A stretch of 64,000 nucleotides of DNA from NCBI GenBank assembly GCA_017883205.1, contig JADGNZ010000001.1, positions 233,639 through 297,638 on the forward strand. Reading direction: 5' to 3'. Origin of the DNA: Thermoanaerobaculia bacterium (GTDB taxonomy: Bacteria; Acidobacteriota; Thermoanaerobaculia; Gp7-AA8). Positions 56,130 to 64,000 of the stretch are shown here, piece by piece. The stretch's first letter is position 1. Each line of letters opens with the position of its first letter. The position numbers and the translations under genes were made by a program. The notes below the pieces were generated by a model. It did no database searches. It had not been told where the DNA came from and worked only from the letters and a program-made list of their open reading frames with translations.

Positions 56130-57419
56130 GTGTCAAAAAATGTGATCATCGTTGGTGGCGGTCTGGCTGGACTCTCGGCTGCGGTCTATCTCTCCAGAGC
56201 CGGCCGCACCGTCACGATCTTCGAGCGCCGCCGATACCTCGGTGGCCGCGCCGTCACGCATCTCCGCCACGGCTATCGTTTCAATCTCGGGCCGCATGCC
56301 TTTTTTCGCGCGGGGCACGGCTGGAACGTACTGCGCGAGCTCGGCATCCCAGTCCGAGGCGGCGTGCCCAAAGTGCGCGGTTTCGGGATGCTGGGCACGC
56401 AGCGCTTCAAGTTTCCCGGAAGCCTTTGGTCGATCCTGACGACCTCGCTCTTTGGGCTCAAAGCGAAGATGCAGATGCTGGCGCTCTTTCTGCGCATTCG
56501 CAGCATCGACCCGAAGCTGTACGCGTCGATGACCGTGCGCGAATGGATCGATGCGAACGCGTCCGACGAGCGCGTGCGGCTCCTGCTCGAGGCAGTCTTC
56601 CGGCTCGCAACCTATAGCAACCGCCCCGATCTTCAGGGCGCGGGCGCTGCGCTTGCGCAGTTGCGGCTCTCGATTCGAGGCGTGGTCTACGTCGACGAAG
56701 GCTGGCAGAAGATCGTCGACTCGCTTCACAGCGCCGCGGTGGCGTCGGGCGTGAATTTCGTTACCAGCTCCCGCGTCGTCAGCGTCGATCACGAAGGCGG
56801 CGCCGTGCGAGGCGTGGAGCTCGGCGGACTCGAGATCGAAGACCGCAAAGACACGATGTCGCTCGTCATGCCGGACATGTCCGATCCCGATAAGGGAACG
56901 CGCATCCCCGCCGATACGGTTCTTCTGGCCGTCGATCCCTCCACCGCCCGCGAGCTCGTTCGCGATGTCGACTGGCCTGAAACGACCGCCGTGATGATGT
57001 CGTCGCTCGATATCGCGCTTTCAAAGCTGCCGCAGCCGCACAACACCTTCGCTCTCGGGCTCGACAAGCCGCACTACTTCTCCGTTCACTCGGCGTGGGC
57101 TCAGTTGACTCCCAAGGGCGGCGCATTGCTGCACCTGGGCCGGTACGGAGACGGCGGGACGGAAGAGGAGTTGGAAGCGCTGGTCGATGAGCTGCAACCG
57201 GGCTGGCGCGACCTCGTCGTTCATCGCCGTTTTCTTCCCGCGATGACCGTTTCGAATGCGCTCGTGCAGCCGGATGGCGTCTCAGCGCGGATGAAGGCGG
57301 TCACACCGCTGCGCGGCCTCTACGTCGCCGGTGATTGGGTCGATGAAGGCGGAATCCTTTCGGACGCCGCCTTTGCCAGCGCGCGCGCGGCCGCGAAAGC
57401 AATCCTCGCGGCCGGCTGA
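56130..57419 (+). CDS. FAD-dependent oxidoreductase (phytoene desaturase/amine oxidase family)
   Basis: 429 aa with a GTG start. The dinucleotide-binding start is VIIVGGGLAGLSAAVYLSRAGRTVTIFERRRYLGGRA. The C-terminal ...LYVAGDWV... motif is present. Confidence 0.85.
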   Translation: MSKNVIIVGGGLAGLSAAVYLSRAGRTVTIFERRRYLGGRAVTHLRHGYRFNLGPHAFFRAGHGWNVLRELGIPVRGGVPKVRGFGMLGTQRFKFPGSLWSILTTSLFGLKAKMQMLALFLRIRSIDPKLYASMTVREWIDANASDERVRLLLEAVFRLATYSNRPDLQGAGAALAQLRLSIRGVVYVDEGWQKIVDSLHSAAVASGVNFVTSSRVVSVDHEGGAVRGVELGGLEIEDRKDTMSLVMPDMSDPDKGTRIPADTVLLAVDPSTARELVRDVDWPETTAVMMSSLDIALSKLPQPHNTFALGLDKPHYFSVHSAWAQLTPKGGALLHLGRYGDGGTEEELEALVDELQPGWRDLVVHRRFLPAMTVSNALVQPDGVSARMKAVTPLRGLYVAGDWVDEGGILSDAAFASARAAAKAILAAG

Positions 57420-57430
57420 GCTCCGTTCCC

Positions 57431-58411
57431 CTAACGCGCAAGGCGGATGTCGCCACCCGAGCTGCGGAGCACGAGCTTCGGTCCACCGCCGTTCAACTTC
57501 CCGTTCAGCGATGAGTCGTCCTGCTTGCCCTGAATCGTGATTGGCACATCGGAGGCGACGTCGCCGCCGCTCGTGTGCGCATCGATGTCCAGTGATACGT
57601 TTGGCGCGACGTGGATCGTGATCCCTCCACCCGAGGTCGAGAGCCGCGAGTCGGCGTGAGGCTGACGCGAAACGCGTGCTTTGATCGATCCGCCGGAGGT
57701 CGAAGCATCGATGGCACCGCCTGCGTCGCCGATCTCGATCGAGCCGCCCGAGGTGTGCGCCTTTAGATCGGCCGTGGCGCGGCGAATGTCGATCGAGCCA
57801 CCCGAGGTCTTCGCAGTCAGCGAACCGGTGGCGTCGCCAACTTTGATGTCGCCTCCGGATGTGGAGAGTGTCGCGGTGGCGCGGGAACCGGCCATCGAAA
57901 CATCGCCTCCCGATGTGTGGGCATCTACGATGCCGTCGATCCTGCCGAGAGTTACATCGCCGCCGGAAGTGCGGACCGTTGCGCGTCCGGCGAGATCGGA
58001 GACGGCGATATCGCCGCCTGACGTCGTCAGATCGACGTTGTACTGCGCGGGAACATTGACGACGAACCGGACATCGAAGTCGTTGTTCCAGTGGAACCAC
58101 GATGTCGGATGGTTGTAACGGGCGCGAATGTGAACGTCGTTCTGCGCCTGCGAGAACTGGACATCGAAGTCTTTGAACAGTTCGTTTGCCCGTTCGTTGC
58201 TCGACGTCTTCGCGCGGCGGATCACATCGACGCTGACGTTGCTCGCTCCCGAGGTCACCTTGATGTCGCCGAGATCGGCGTCGATGGTGATCGTTCCGCC
58301 GGCGTGAACGTTGAAGTTGCGGTGGATGGGGCTGTCGATCGCGGCGTGCGCGGCGGAGATCGACGCCAGCCCGAGCACAGCCGCGAGCGCTGCAGTACGA
58401 ATGCGCGTCAT
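57431..58411 (-). CDS. DUF4097-type beta-strand repeat protein (putative adhesin), secreted
   Basis: 326 aa. The ATG is preceded by AGGAGG. It has a signal peptide. TSGGDI/TSGGSI repeats occur about every 20 residues. Confidence 0.8.
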   Translation of the reverse strand: MTRIRTAALAAVLGLASISAAHAAIDSPIHRNFNVHAGGTITIDADLGDIKVTSGASNVSVDVIRRAKTSSNERANELFKDFDVQFSQAQNDVHIRARYNHPTSWFHWNNDFDVRFVVNVPAQYNVDLTTSGGDIAVSDLAGRATVRTSGGDVTLGRIDGIVDAHTSGGDVSMAGSRATATLSTSGGDIKVGDATGSLTAKTSGGSIDIRRATADLKAHTSGGSIEIGDAGGAIDASTSGGSIKARVSRQPHADSRLSTSGGGITIHVAPNVSLDIDAHTSGGDVASDVPITIQGKQDDSSLNGKLNGGGPKLVLRSSGGDIRLAR

Positions 58412-58533
58412 GGTGTTGCCTCCTGTGCCTACTAACTACGCTGGCCGAGGCGAAAGGTTAGCAGGGGGGCACGGCCGCGGAGGGAACCTGCTGAAACGCG
58501 GAGAACGTTTAAGCGGACCGCACTGCGTGCATG

Positions 58534-59016
58534 TCATGTGTTCTTTAGCAGAGACGGACAGATGTGATGCTCGGGATCCCACCAGAGAACCTGAAGCACG
58601 GCGCCTTGACGAAAGCCCCAAATCCGCTCAGTTCCGGTCAAGTGCAAGGAGATCACCTCGTCTACGTCGAAGAGATTGAGCGACGAAAGATGATTCTGAG
58701 CCTCGTTACTGATTCGGGAAACGGGGACGGAGTGGTTGCGCTTCTTCGCGGTCACGAGGATGTCGCTCCACGTCATCGATTCGAAGTTGGCCAGCTTTGC
58801 GCGAATTTCCAGCAGCTTTGAGGGAGCGATATCCCGCCACCCGTGCGGGCTGACCAGTTTCAATCTCGCGACCCGCCATGAAGGTGAAAGGTGATTGGTA
58901 CTCGGGTCCGCAGCGACAATCGGAATCTTCCCAACTCTGGGCTCGATCCCGATGAGTGGTCGCTTCGCGATGTTCGGTTGAACGGCCGCCTTAGGACGTT
59001 TGTCTCGATTTGCCAA
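58534..59016 (-). CDS. hypothetical protein; candidate toxin partner of the upstream Panacea-domain antitoxin (start uncertain, TTG)
   Basis: 160 aa. It begins 6 nt after the antitoxin stop. The N-terminal ~45 aa are basic and disordered. The C-terminus is ...ISLHLTGTERIWGFRQGAVLQVLWWDPEHHICP.... No domain recognised. The local G+C is lower. Confidence 0.6.
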   Translation of the reverse strand: MANRDKRPKAAVQPNIAKRPLIGIEPRVGKIPIVAADPSTNHLSPSWRVARLKLVSPHGWRDIAPSKLLEIRAKLANFESMTWSDILVTAKKRNHSVPVSRISNEAQNHLSSLNLFDVDEVISLHLTGTERIWGFRQGAVLQVLWWDPEHHICPSLLKNT

Positions 59017-59022
59017 AGCTGC

Positions 59023-59460
59023 CTACGCGTGAGAGAGGCTACCGTAGTACTCCGCCATGGCTGCAGGCGTGATCTCGCTGTCTCCGCGTTCCGTGGGAGC
59101 GAGACCGCGCCGCGCATCTCTCCACGGCAGCTCGGAGTGCGTCAGATCGCTCAGCCACTGGGAGCTCTTGTCCCCGTAGAATCCGAGGACGGCATCGACC
59201 GTCTCACGCTGAACTGCGCTGAGGTTATCGGGATTGCCTCGTGGCCACTCTTTGATATCGAACATGCCTCGATGAACTGCGTAAAGGTGCGGCACGACCG
59301 GACCATTGATCCATGCTTCAATCCGGTCATGGAACAATGGCTTCTCGTCCCACACGAGTGACCAGGCCTGCGAGTAGTAAACCAGCTTTTGCAGCTTCAT
59401 CGCGGTCGTCCGGCCGAGCTTCTTCAGGATGTAGTTTGCGATGTCGTGTGCGTTGGCCAT
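59023..59460 (-). CDS. Panacea (DUF4065/SocA/GepA-like) domain antitoxin-type protein
   Basis: The ATG at 59460 gives MANAHDIANYILKKLGRTTAMKLQKLVYYSQAWSLVWDEKPLFHDRIEAWINGPVVPHLY..., which matches the DUF4065 core (KLQKLxYY...AWxxGPVxxxxY). The ORF-track extension to 59916 is Arg-rich and was trimmed. Confidence 0.85.
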   Translation of the reverse strand: MANAHDIANYILKKLGRTTAMKLQKLVYYSQAWSLVWDEKPLFHDRIEAWINGPVVPHLYAVHRGMFDIKEWPRGNPDNLSAVQRETVDAVLGFYGDKSSQWLSDLTHSELPWRDARRGLAPTERGDSEITPAAMAEYYGSLSHA

Positions 59461-59597
59461 AGCCTGAATCCTCTCGCCCCGATTGCGTTCGGGCTGTTCG
59501 AAATGTAACCGGAATTCTGCCACGGCTATGCCGGTGCGAGGCAAAGGTCTACGTGACGTGGAATCGAAAGCGTGTTGAGAAGGTCCCAACCCGTCCG

Positions 59598-60053
59598 CTA
59601 CTTCGGTCGCTCCCGCTTGATCGCGATCGGCGAGACCTGGCTGGAGATGTTGAACCATCCTTCGCCGGTCTTGATCCAGACGTCGCTGTAGCGAAGGTCG
59701 ACGACGACTCGTTCTCCCGCCTCCCTGTAGCGTTGGACGATGTGGCCGGTGACGATGGCGGTGCTGCCGTGCGCGTGGATCCGGACGTCGCTCGTCTCGT
59801 AGGGCTCGATGTAGGTTCCCCGTTTCTTCATCGACTCGATCAGCTCTGCTTTGGTCTGCAGCTCGCCGCTGCTCGTGATCCGAACGTAGTCGTCGGAGAG
59901 ATGGGTCCGGAACCACTCCGTATCCGCCATGTAGGTGGCGATGGCCATCTCGCGGTCGAGCTTTCTGATCGCCTGCTCATCGCTGGCGAAATTGGCGGCG
60001 GAGGCAGAAAGGGCGAGCAAGCCAACGGCGGCTGCGAGCAGGGCGCGTCTCAT
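59598..60053 (-). CDS. secreted NTF2-like (SnoaL/DUF4440-type) protein
   Basis: 151 aa with a signal peptide (LLAAAVGLLALSASA). Length and the pattern ...DDYVRITSSGELQTKAELIE...VWIKTGEGW... are typical of DUF4440-like proteins. Confidence 0.65.
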   Translation of the reverse strand: MRRALLAAAVGLLALSASAANFASDEQAIRKLDREMAIATYMADTEWFRTHLSDDYVRITSSGELQTKAELIESMKKRGTYIEPYETSDVRIHAHGSTAIVTGHIVQRYREAGERVVVDLRYSDVWIKTGEGWFNISSQVSPIAIKRERPK

Positions 60054-60084
60054 GGGGTCATTCTGTCACGGGTACACTCTGCGG

Positions 60085-60747
60085 ATGATCAGCGCCGTTG
60101 CCGCGACTCTCGTTCTCTCGATCTTTCCCGCGAACGCTCCGCCTCCCCGTTTTCTCGCCCTCGGCGATTCCTACACCATCGGCGAAAGCGTAGCCGAGGC
60201 GGATCGTTGGCCGAATCAACTGGTGCGTGCGCTGCGTGCAAGAAAAGCAGTCGTTGCCGATCCGGAGATCATCGCGAAAACCGGATGGACGACGGATGAG
60301 TTGTCTACTGCGATCGACGCCGCCAAGCCGCACGGACCGTACGCGCTCGTGACGTTGCTCATCGGCGTCAACAACCAATACCGCGGCCGCGACGCGGAGC
60401 AGTATCGGAAAGAATTTGTCGCGTTGCTGCACCGCGCCATCGGTTTCGCAGGTGGAGACGCCAAACGCGTGATCGTCGTCTCCATCCCGGACTGGGGCGC
60501 CACACCGTTCGCCGAGGGCCGCGACCGGGCGAAGATCGGCGCGGAGATCGATCATTTCAATGCCGTTGCGCGCGAAGCGGCCGTGCGCACCGGTGCGCAT
60601 TACGCGGATGTCACGCCAGTCTCTCGCCATGCATCCACGGACCCGACGCTTGTCGCGCAAGACGGCCTTCATCCCAGCGCAAAGATGTATGCGCAATGGG
60701 TCGGCGTCATTTTGGCGCAGGCGGAGGCGGCGTTGCAGGGCCGTTGA
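60085..60747 (+). CDS. SGNH/GDSL-family hydrolase
   Basis: The ATG at 60085 gives a 220-aa protein. Block I is LALGDSYT, block III IGVNN, and block V DGLHPS. Confidence 0.85.
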   Translation: MISAVAATLVLSIFPANAPPPRFLALGDSYTIGESVAEADRWPNQLVRALRARKAVVADPEIIAKTGWTTDELSTAIDAAKPHGPYALVTLLIGVNNQYRGRDAEQYRKEFVALLHRAIGFAGGDAKRVIVVSIPDWGATPFAEGRDRAKIGAEIDHFNAVAREAAVRTGAHYADVTPVSRHASTDPTLVAQDGLHPSAKMYAQWVGVILAQAEAALQGR

Positions 60748-61384
60748 TGACGATGGTGTCGATCGTCGTTTTCGCGGTCGGCGTTCCCTGAGCCATCCCT
60801 GATTCGCTGAACGCGAAGAGCAGCCCGTCGACGCGGCGGAAGTCGTTGTAATCGACGACGAAGTCCATGCCGGTCGTTTTTCCGGTCGATCGCACGATGT
60901 GCCACGACTTCGGATCGATGTCCATCCCAACCGTAAGCGAGGCAGAGACTGGAACCTCGATGACGCGGAAACCGTCGCGCATGCCGCCGTCGTGCAGCGA
61001 CGCACGCTTCTCGACCAGGAGCAGCGGCAACGCCAGGCGCGCGGCCTGCAACTTCATCGCGTCCAGACCCGGGCCGGTGACGTCTTTGCCGTTGTTGGTC
61101 CCATGGTCGCCGTCGACGACGCGCAGTTCGGTTCTCGTGGGATAGACGATCTCGATGCGCAGCTTGTCCGGTTTCTGCCAGGAGCGCGTCGTCGCGCCGT
61201 TCCCACTGCCCATCGCCGGTACGACCGTACCGGTTTCCCGGATCGTTGTCACCTTCTGCCATGCGGAGGCGCCGCCGTACTCCTTCAGGACGTTCCCGAC
61301 GACATCGTCGAGCGACTGCGCAAATGCGGCCGGAGTGGCCAGAAGGAGAGAGAGGACGACGATCTGCCTGAGCGCTGATTTCAT
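60707..61384 (-). CDS. secreted hypothetical protein (LolA/lipoprotein-sorting-like by composition only)
   Basis: The ATG at 61384 (alternative 61405) gives MKSALRQIVVLSLLLATPAAFA.... The 3' end overlaps the convergent SGNH gene by 41 nt. The ORF-track extension to 61951 is antisense to glnS and was trimmed. Confidence 0.6.
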   Translation of the reverse strand: MKSALRQIVVLSLLLATPAAFAQSLDDVVGNVLKEYGGASAWQKVTTIRETGTVVPAMGSGNGATTRSWQKPDKLRIEIVYPTRTELRVVDGDHGTNNGKDVTGPGLDAMKLQAARLALPLLLVEKRASLHDGGMRDGFRVIEVPVSASLTVGMDIDPKSWHIVRSTGKTTGMDFVVDYNDFRRVDGLLFAFSESGMAQGTPTAKTTIDTIVINGPATPPPPAPK

Positions 61385-61510
61385 GATCCGAATTGTGGCA
61401 TGCATCGACACTTTCCGCTCACGATGACGGTGCCAGATCCTTTGGCAGCCAGCGCTCCCGGCCGTGCCGGGCGTTGACTCGCTGCACGCCGATGTATACG
61501 GTCGCGCCCC

Positions 61511-63181
61511 ATGACCATCGAAGCCCCGGAAAAACCGCGCGATTTCATCCGCGAGATCGTCGAGGAGGATCTCGCTGCCGGCAGGACCCAGCGCGTCATC
61601 ACCCGCTTTCCGCCCGAGCCGAACGGCTACCTCCACATCGGCCACGCCAAGTCGATCTGCCTCAACTTCGGCATCGCCAACGAGTACAACGGCCAGTGCA
61701 ATCTCCGATTCGACGACACGAACCCGACGAAGGAAGAGGTGGAGTTCACCGAGTCGATCAAGCGCGACGTGGCGTGGCTCGGTTTTTCCTGGGGCGAAAA
61801 TCTCCTTCACGCCTCGGATTACTTCGCGCAGCTTTACACCTGGGGCGAAGAGCTGATCAACGCGGGGAAGGCTTACGTCGACAGCTCGAGCGCCGATGAG
61901 ATGCGGGCCATGCGCGGCACGCTCACCGAGCCGGGAACCGATTCTCCGCATCGGTCACGTTCCATCGAAGAGAACCTCGATCTTTTTCGCCGCATGCGAG
62001 CGGGGGAGTTTCCCGACGGCGCGCAGGTGCTCCGCGCGAAGATCGACATGGCTTCGCCGAACATCAACATGCGCGATCCCGTGCTCTACCGGATCCGCCA
62101 CAAATCGCATGACCGCACCGGCGATGCGTGGCCGATCTATCCGATGTACGACTATGCCCACCCGCTCTCCGACGCCATCGAGGGGATCACCCACTCGCTT
62201 TGCACGCTCGAGTATGAGGATCATCGGCCGCTGTACGACTGGTTGATCGAAGACGTGTCCGTGCCATCGCGGCCGCGGCAATACGAGTTCGCACGGCTGA
62301 ATCTCAGCTACACCGTCATGTCGAAGCGCAAACTGCTGGGGCTGGTCACCGAGGGCCACGTGCACGGCTGGGACGATCCGCGCATGCCGACCATCGCCGG
62401 CTTGCGACGCCGCGGCTACACGCCCTCATCGATCCGCAACTTCTGCGAGCGCGTCGGCGTGGCCAAACGGGAGAACGTCATCGACGCGGGACTGATCGAG
62501 TTCTCCATTCGCGAGGATTTGAATCGCATCGCTCCGCGGGTGATGGGTGTTCTCGACCCGCTTCGCGTCGTCATCGACAACTATCCGGCAGGCGATACGG
62601 AATGGTTCGATACGCCGAACCACGTCGACGATCCGTCGCTGGGAACGAGAAGAGTTCCGTTCGCGAAGACGATTCTCATCGAGCGCGAGGACTTTCTCGA
62701 GGATCCGCCGAAGAAGTTCTTCCGGCTCGCTCCGGGCCGCGAAGTGCGGCTGCGATCGGCCTACTTCATCACCTGTACGAACGTCGTCAAGGACGATGCC
62801 GGCAATATCGTCGAGCTGCACGCGACGTACGATCCGGCCACGCGCGGCGGCGATTCACCCGACGGCCGAAAACCGAAAGCGACACTGCACTGGGTTGCCG
62901 CCGATCACGCCATCGACTGCGAAGTGCGGCTCTACGACCGTCTGTTCAAGTCGGAGAATCCCGAGGAGAGCGGCAATTTCCTCGATGATCTGAATCCGCA
63001 ATCGCTCCAGGTCGTGCAGGCCGCGAAGCTTGAGCCATCCGTTCGCGGCGCGCAGCCGCAATCGCGTTTTCAGTTCGAGCGGCTCGGCTATTTCTGCGTT
63101 GATTCCGACTCAACGCCGGACCGGCTGGTCTTCAACCGGACGGTGACGCTCAAGGATGCGTGGGCGAAGACGGCGAAGTAG
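61511..63181 (+). CDS. glnS: glutamine--tRNA ligase
   Basis: 556 aa. [17 protein letters not shown] (HIGH motif), VMSKR (KMSKS-type motif) and the GlnRS-type C-terminal anticodon-binding region are present. Confidence 0.93.
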   Translation: MTIEAPEKPRDFIREIVEEDLAAGRTQRVITRFPPEPNGYLHIGHAKSICLNFGIANEYNGQCNLRFDDTNPTKEEVEFTESIKRDVAWLGFSWGENLLHASDYFAQLYTWGEELINAGKAYVDSSSADEMRAMRGTLTEPGTDSPHRSRSIEENLDLFRRMRAGEFPDGAQVLRAKIDMASPNINMRDPVLYRIRHKSHDRTGDAWPIYPMYDYAHPLSDAIEGITHSLCTLEYEDHRPLYDWLIEDVSVPSRPRQYEFARLNLSYTVMSKRKLLGLVTEGHVHGWDDPRMPTIAGLRRRGYTPSSIRNFCERVGVAKRENVIDAGLIEFSIREDLNRIAPRVMGVLDPLRVVIDNYPAGDTEWFDTPNHVDDPSLGTRRVPFAKTILIEREDFLEDPPKKFFRLAPGREVRLRSAYFITCTNVVKDDAGNIVELHATYDPATRGGDSPDGRKPKATLHWVAADHAIDCEVRLYDRLFKSENPEESGNFLDDLNPQSLQVVQAAKLEPSVRGAQPQSRFQFERLGYFCVDSDSTPDRLVFNRTVTLKDAWAKTAK

Positions 63182-63187
63182 GTTTCT

Positions 63188-63294
63188 GAGCACAGACAAG
63201 AGTGTCTGTGCCACATTGCTTCTGGCTTTGTGCTCAGACACTCCTGTGCCACGAGAAGTGAGTCAATGTGGCACAGACACTCTTGTCTGTGCTC
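63188..63294. terminator. perfect 30-bp inverted repeat (47-nt spacer) directly after glnS; hairpin/REP-like, possible terminator
   Basis: gagcacagacaagagtgtctgtgccacatt (63188-63217) is the exact reverse complement of aatgtggcacagacactcttgtctgtgctc (63265-63294). Each arm is internally palindromic (cacagaca..tgtctgtg). A partial third copy lies in the spacer. No clear T-run follows. Confidence 0.6.
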
Positions 63295-63381
63295 TTCACC
63301 AGTTTTCTTAAGCGTCCACCTTTTTCATCTGCTATTCTTGCGGCGGTCCAACGTCTATCTTTTTGAAAGGGAACGTGCGCG

Positions 63382-63618
63382 ATGGCTGTCTGCTGGCGTT
63401 GTCCGAGGTGCGGTGAGGTGAGCTGCGAGGATGACGTGAATGCCACCGGCAACCCTGTGGCTTGCGATCATTGCGAACGGCCATTCCCGCCGCATGAGAC
63501 GCTCTGCTCGGTCTGCGACGCGCCCAATCCCTGGCAGCGCCGCGACACGCTGCACTTCCTCTGCCGCGAGTGTGGCACGACGCAGACCTACTTCTCGCAC
63601 CTTCCGATTGCCGGCTGA
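63382..63618 (+). CDS. small Cys-rich zinc-ribbon protein
   Basis: 78 aa with four CxxC pairs (CWRCPRC, CDHC, CSVC, CREC). Composition is plausible. The SD is weak. Confidence 0.55.
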   Translation: MAVCWRCPRCGEVSCEDDVNATGNPVACDHCERPFPPHETLCSVCDAPNPWQRRDTLHFLCRECGTTQTYFSHLPIAG

Positions 63619-63623
63619 CTGAT

Positions 63624-64000
63624 TCAGCGCGTCGAACGCCGCCGCGGAGTGCCCGGCTGCGGATCGGGCGAGGCGAGCGTTCGCAGGAAAAGTCGCGGCG
63701 CCATCAACTCCTGGTCGTCCTCGCCGCGGCTGTAGACCACATACGTATTCCGCGCCGATGCGGTAAGCGTCAACGGCAGCGTAAGGCTCTGATGCAGATT
63801 GATTAGCGACGTCACATGCGGCGCCGGCTCCGGGTTGATGCGCGTCCAATAGAGACGGCCGCTCGTGTCATCGTCCGGTTCGACGAAATAGAGACCGCTG
63901 CCGACGACGGCCACTGGCTGAAGCGCGAAGGAAGTCTCGCTGGTCATCACAGGTCTGCCTGACGGCGTGTCGAGTATGACTCCCCCGGCGGTGATCCGTC
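63624..64000 (-). CDS. hypothetical protein (possibly partial; frame stays open to the right edge)
   Basis: The minus-strand ORF has its stop at 63624. GTG/ATG lie at 63950/63947, but the frame is open upstream to position 64000, so the true start may lie outside the window. Confidence 0.45.
   Translation of the reverse strand, partial: RITAGGVILDTPSGRPVMTSETSFALQPVAVVGSGLYFVEPDDDTSGRLYWTRINPEPAPHVTSLINLHQSLTLPLTLTASARNTYVVYSRGEDDQELMAPRLFLRTLASPDPQPGTPRRRSTR

Noticed and set aside
59023-59916. 297-aa ORF extending the Panacea gene upstream; similarly 60707..61951 and 42832..43266.
   Set aside because: The extensions are Arg/Pro/His-rich, overlap neighbouring real genes, and precede internal ATG codons with better context and family-typical N-termini.
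60707-60747. 41-nt convergent overlap of the SGNH hydrolase and the 60707..61384 gene, and the 35-nt asd / GT-C overlap (14712-14746).
   Set aside because: This is probably ordinary tail-to-tail or tail-to-head overlap in a compact GC-rich genome, or a slightly mis-set end or start. There is no evidence of special function.

Overview
GC-rich chromosomal segment (about two-thirds G+C by eye, not computed) from a diderm bacterium, as shown by a TonB-dependent receptor, LolA-like proteins and tgt-yajC-secD-secF. The gene content and repeat style would fit a soil Acidobacteriota- or Gemmatimonadota-like lineage, but the taxon cannot be established from the sequence alone. Most of the window is ordinary housekeeping. 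It holds a leucine-catabolism fragment (thioesterase, HMG-CoA lyase, biotinyl carrier), pyrE, a GatB/YqeY protein and a MoeB/ThiF-rhodanese protein. An 11-gene co-directional minus-strand block follows: a GT-C-like membrane protein, asd, lysC, dapB, dapA, dapD, a DapC-like aminotransferase, a cytoplasmic SxxK hydrolase, a cytoplasmic LAS/M15 peptidase, and then a separate PafA/GCS2-like ligase. Next come an MFS transporter, secF-secD-yajC-tgt, a LolA-like protein, an M23 peptidase and a GHMP kinase with a long C-terminal extension. tRNA-Pro(GGG) is followed by a lower-GC, integrase-less island that starts with a degenerate duplicate of the tRNA 3' half. After the island are a TonB receptor with an Opp/Dpp-type ABC importer, a protealysin-emfourin pair, DUF3467, trmFO, a PP2C phosphatase with a large hybrid histidine kinase, two paralogous secreted proteins, an FAD oxidoreductase, a DUF4097 protein, a Panacea (DUF4065) antitoxin with an unknown partner, SGNH and NTF2-like proteins, glnS and a small zinc-ribbon protein. 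The most unusual content is non-coding. One class is a family of hairpins whose arms are short heptamer tandem repeats, one of which sits in frame inside the aminotransferase gene. The other is three unrelated tandem arrays with 20-21 or 42 bp periods, each unit carrying a small palindrome. The best protein-level candidates for new biology are the Panacea antitoxin with its uncharacterised 160-aa partner, the divergent PafA/GCS2-like ligase, and the cytoplasmic peptidase pair coupled to the DAP/lysine operon. All functional calls come from motif recognition by eye; no database search was run.
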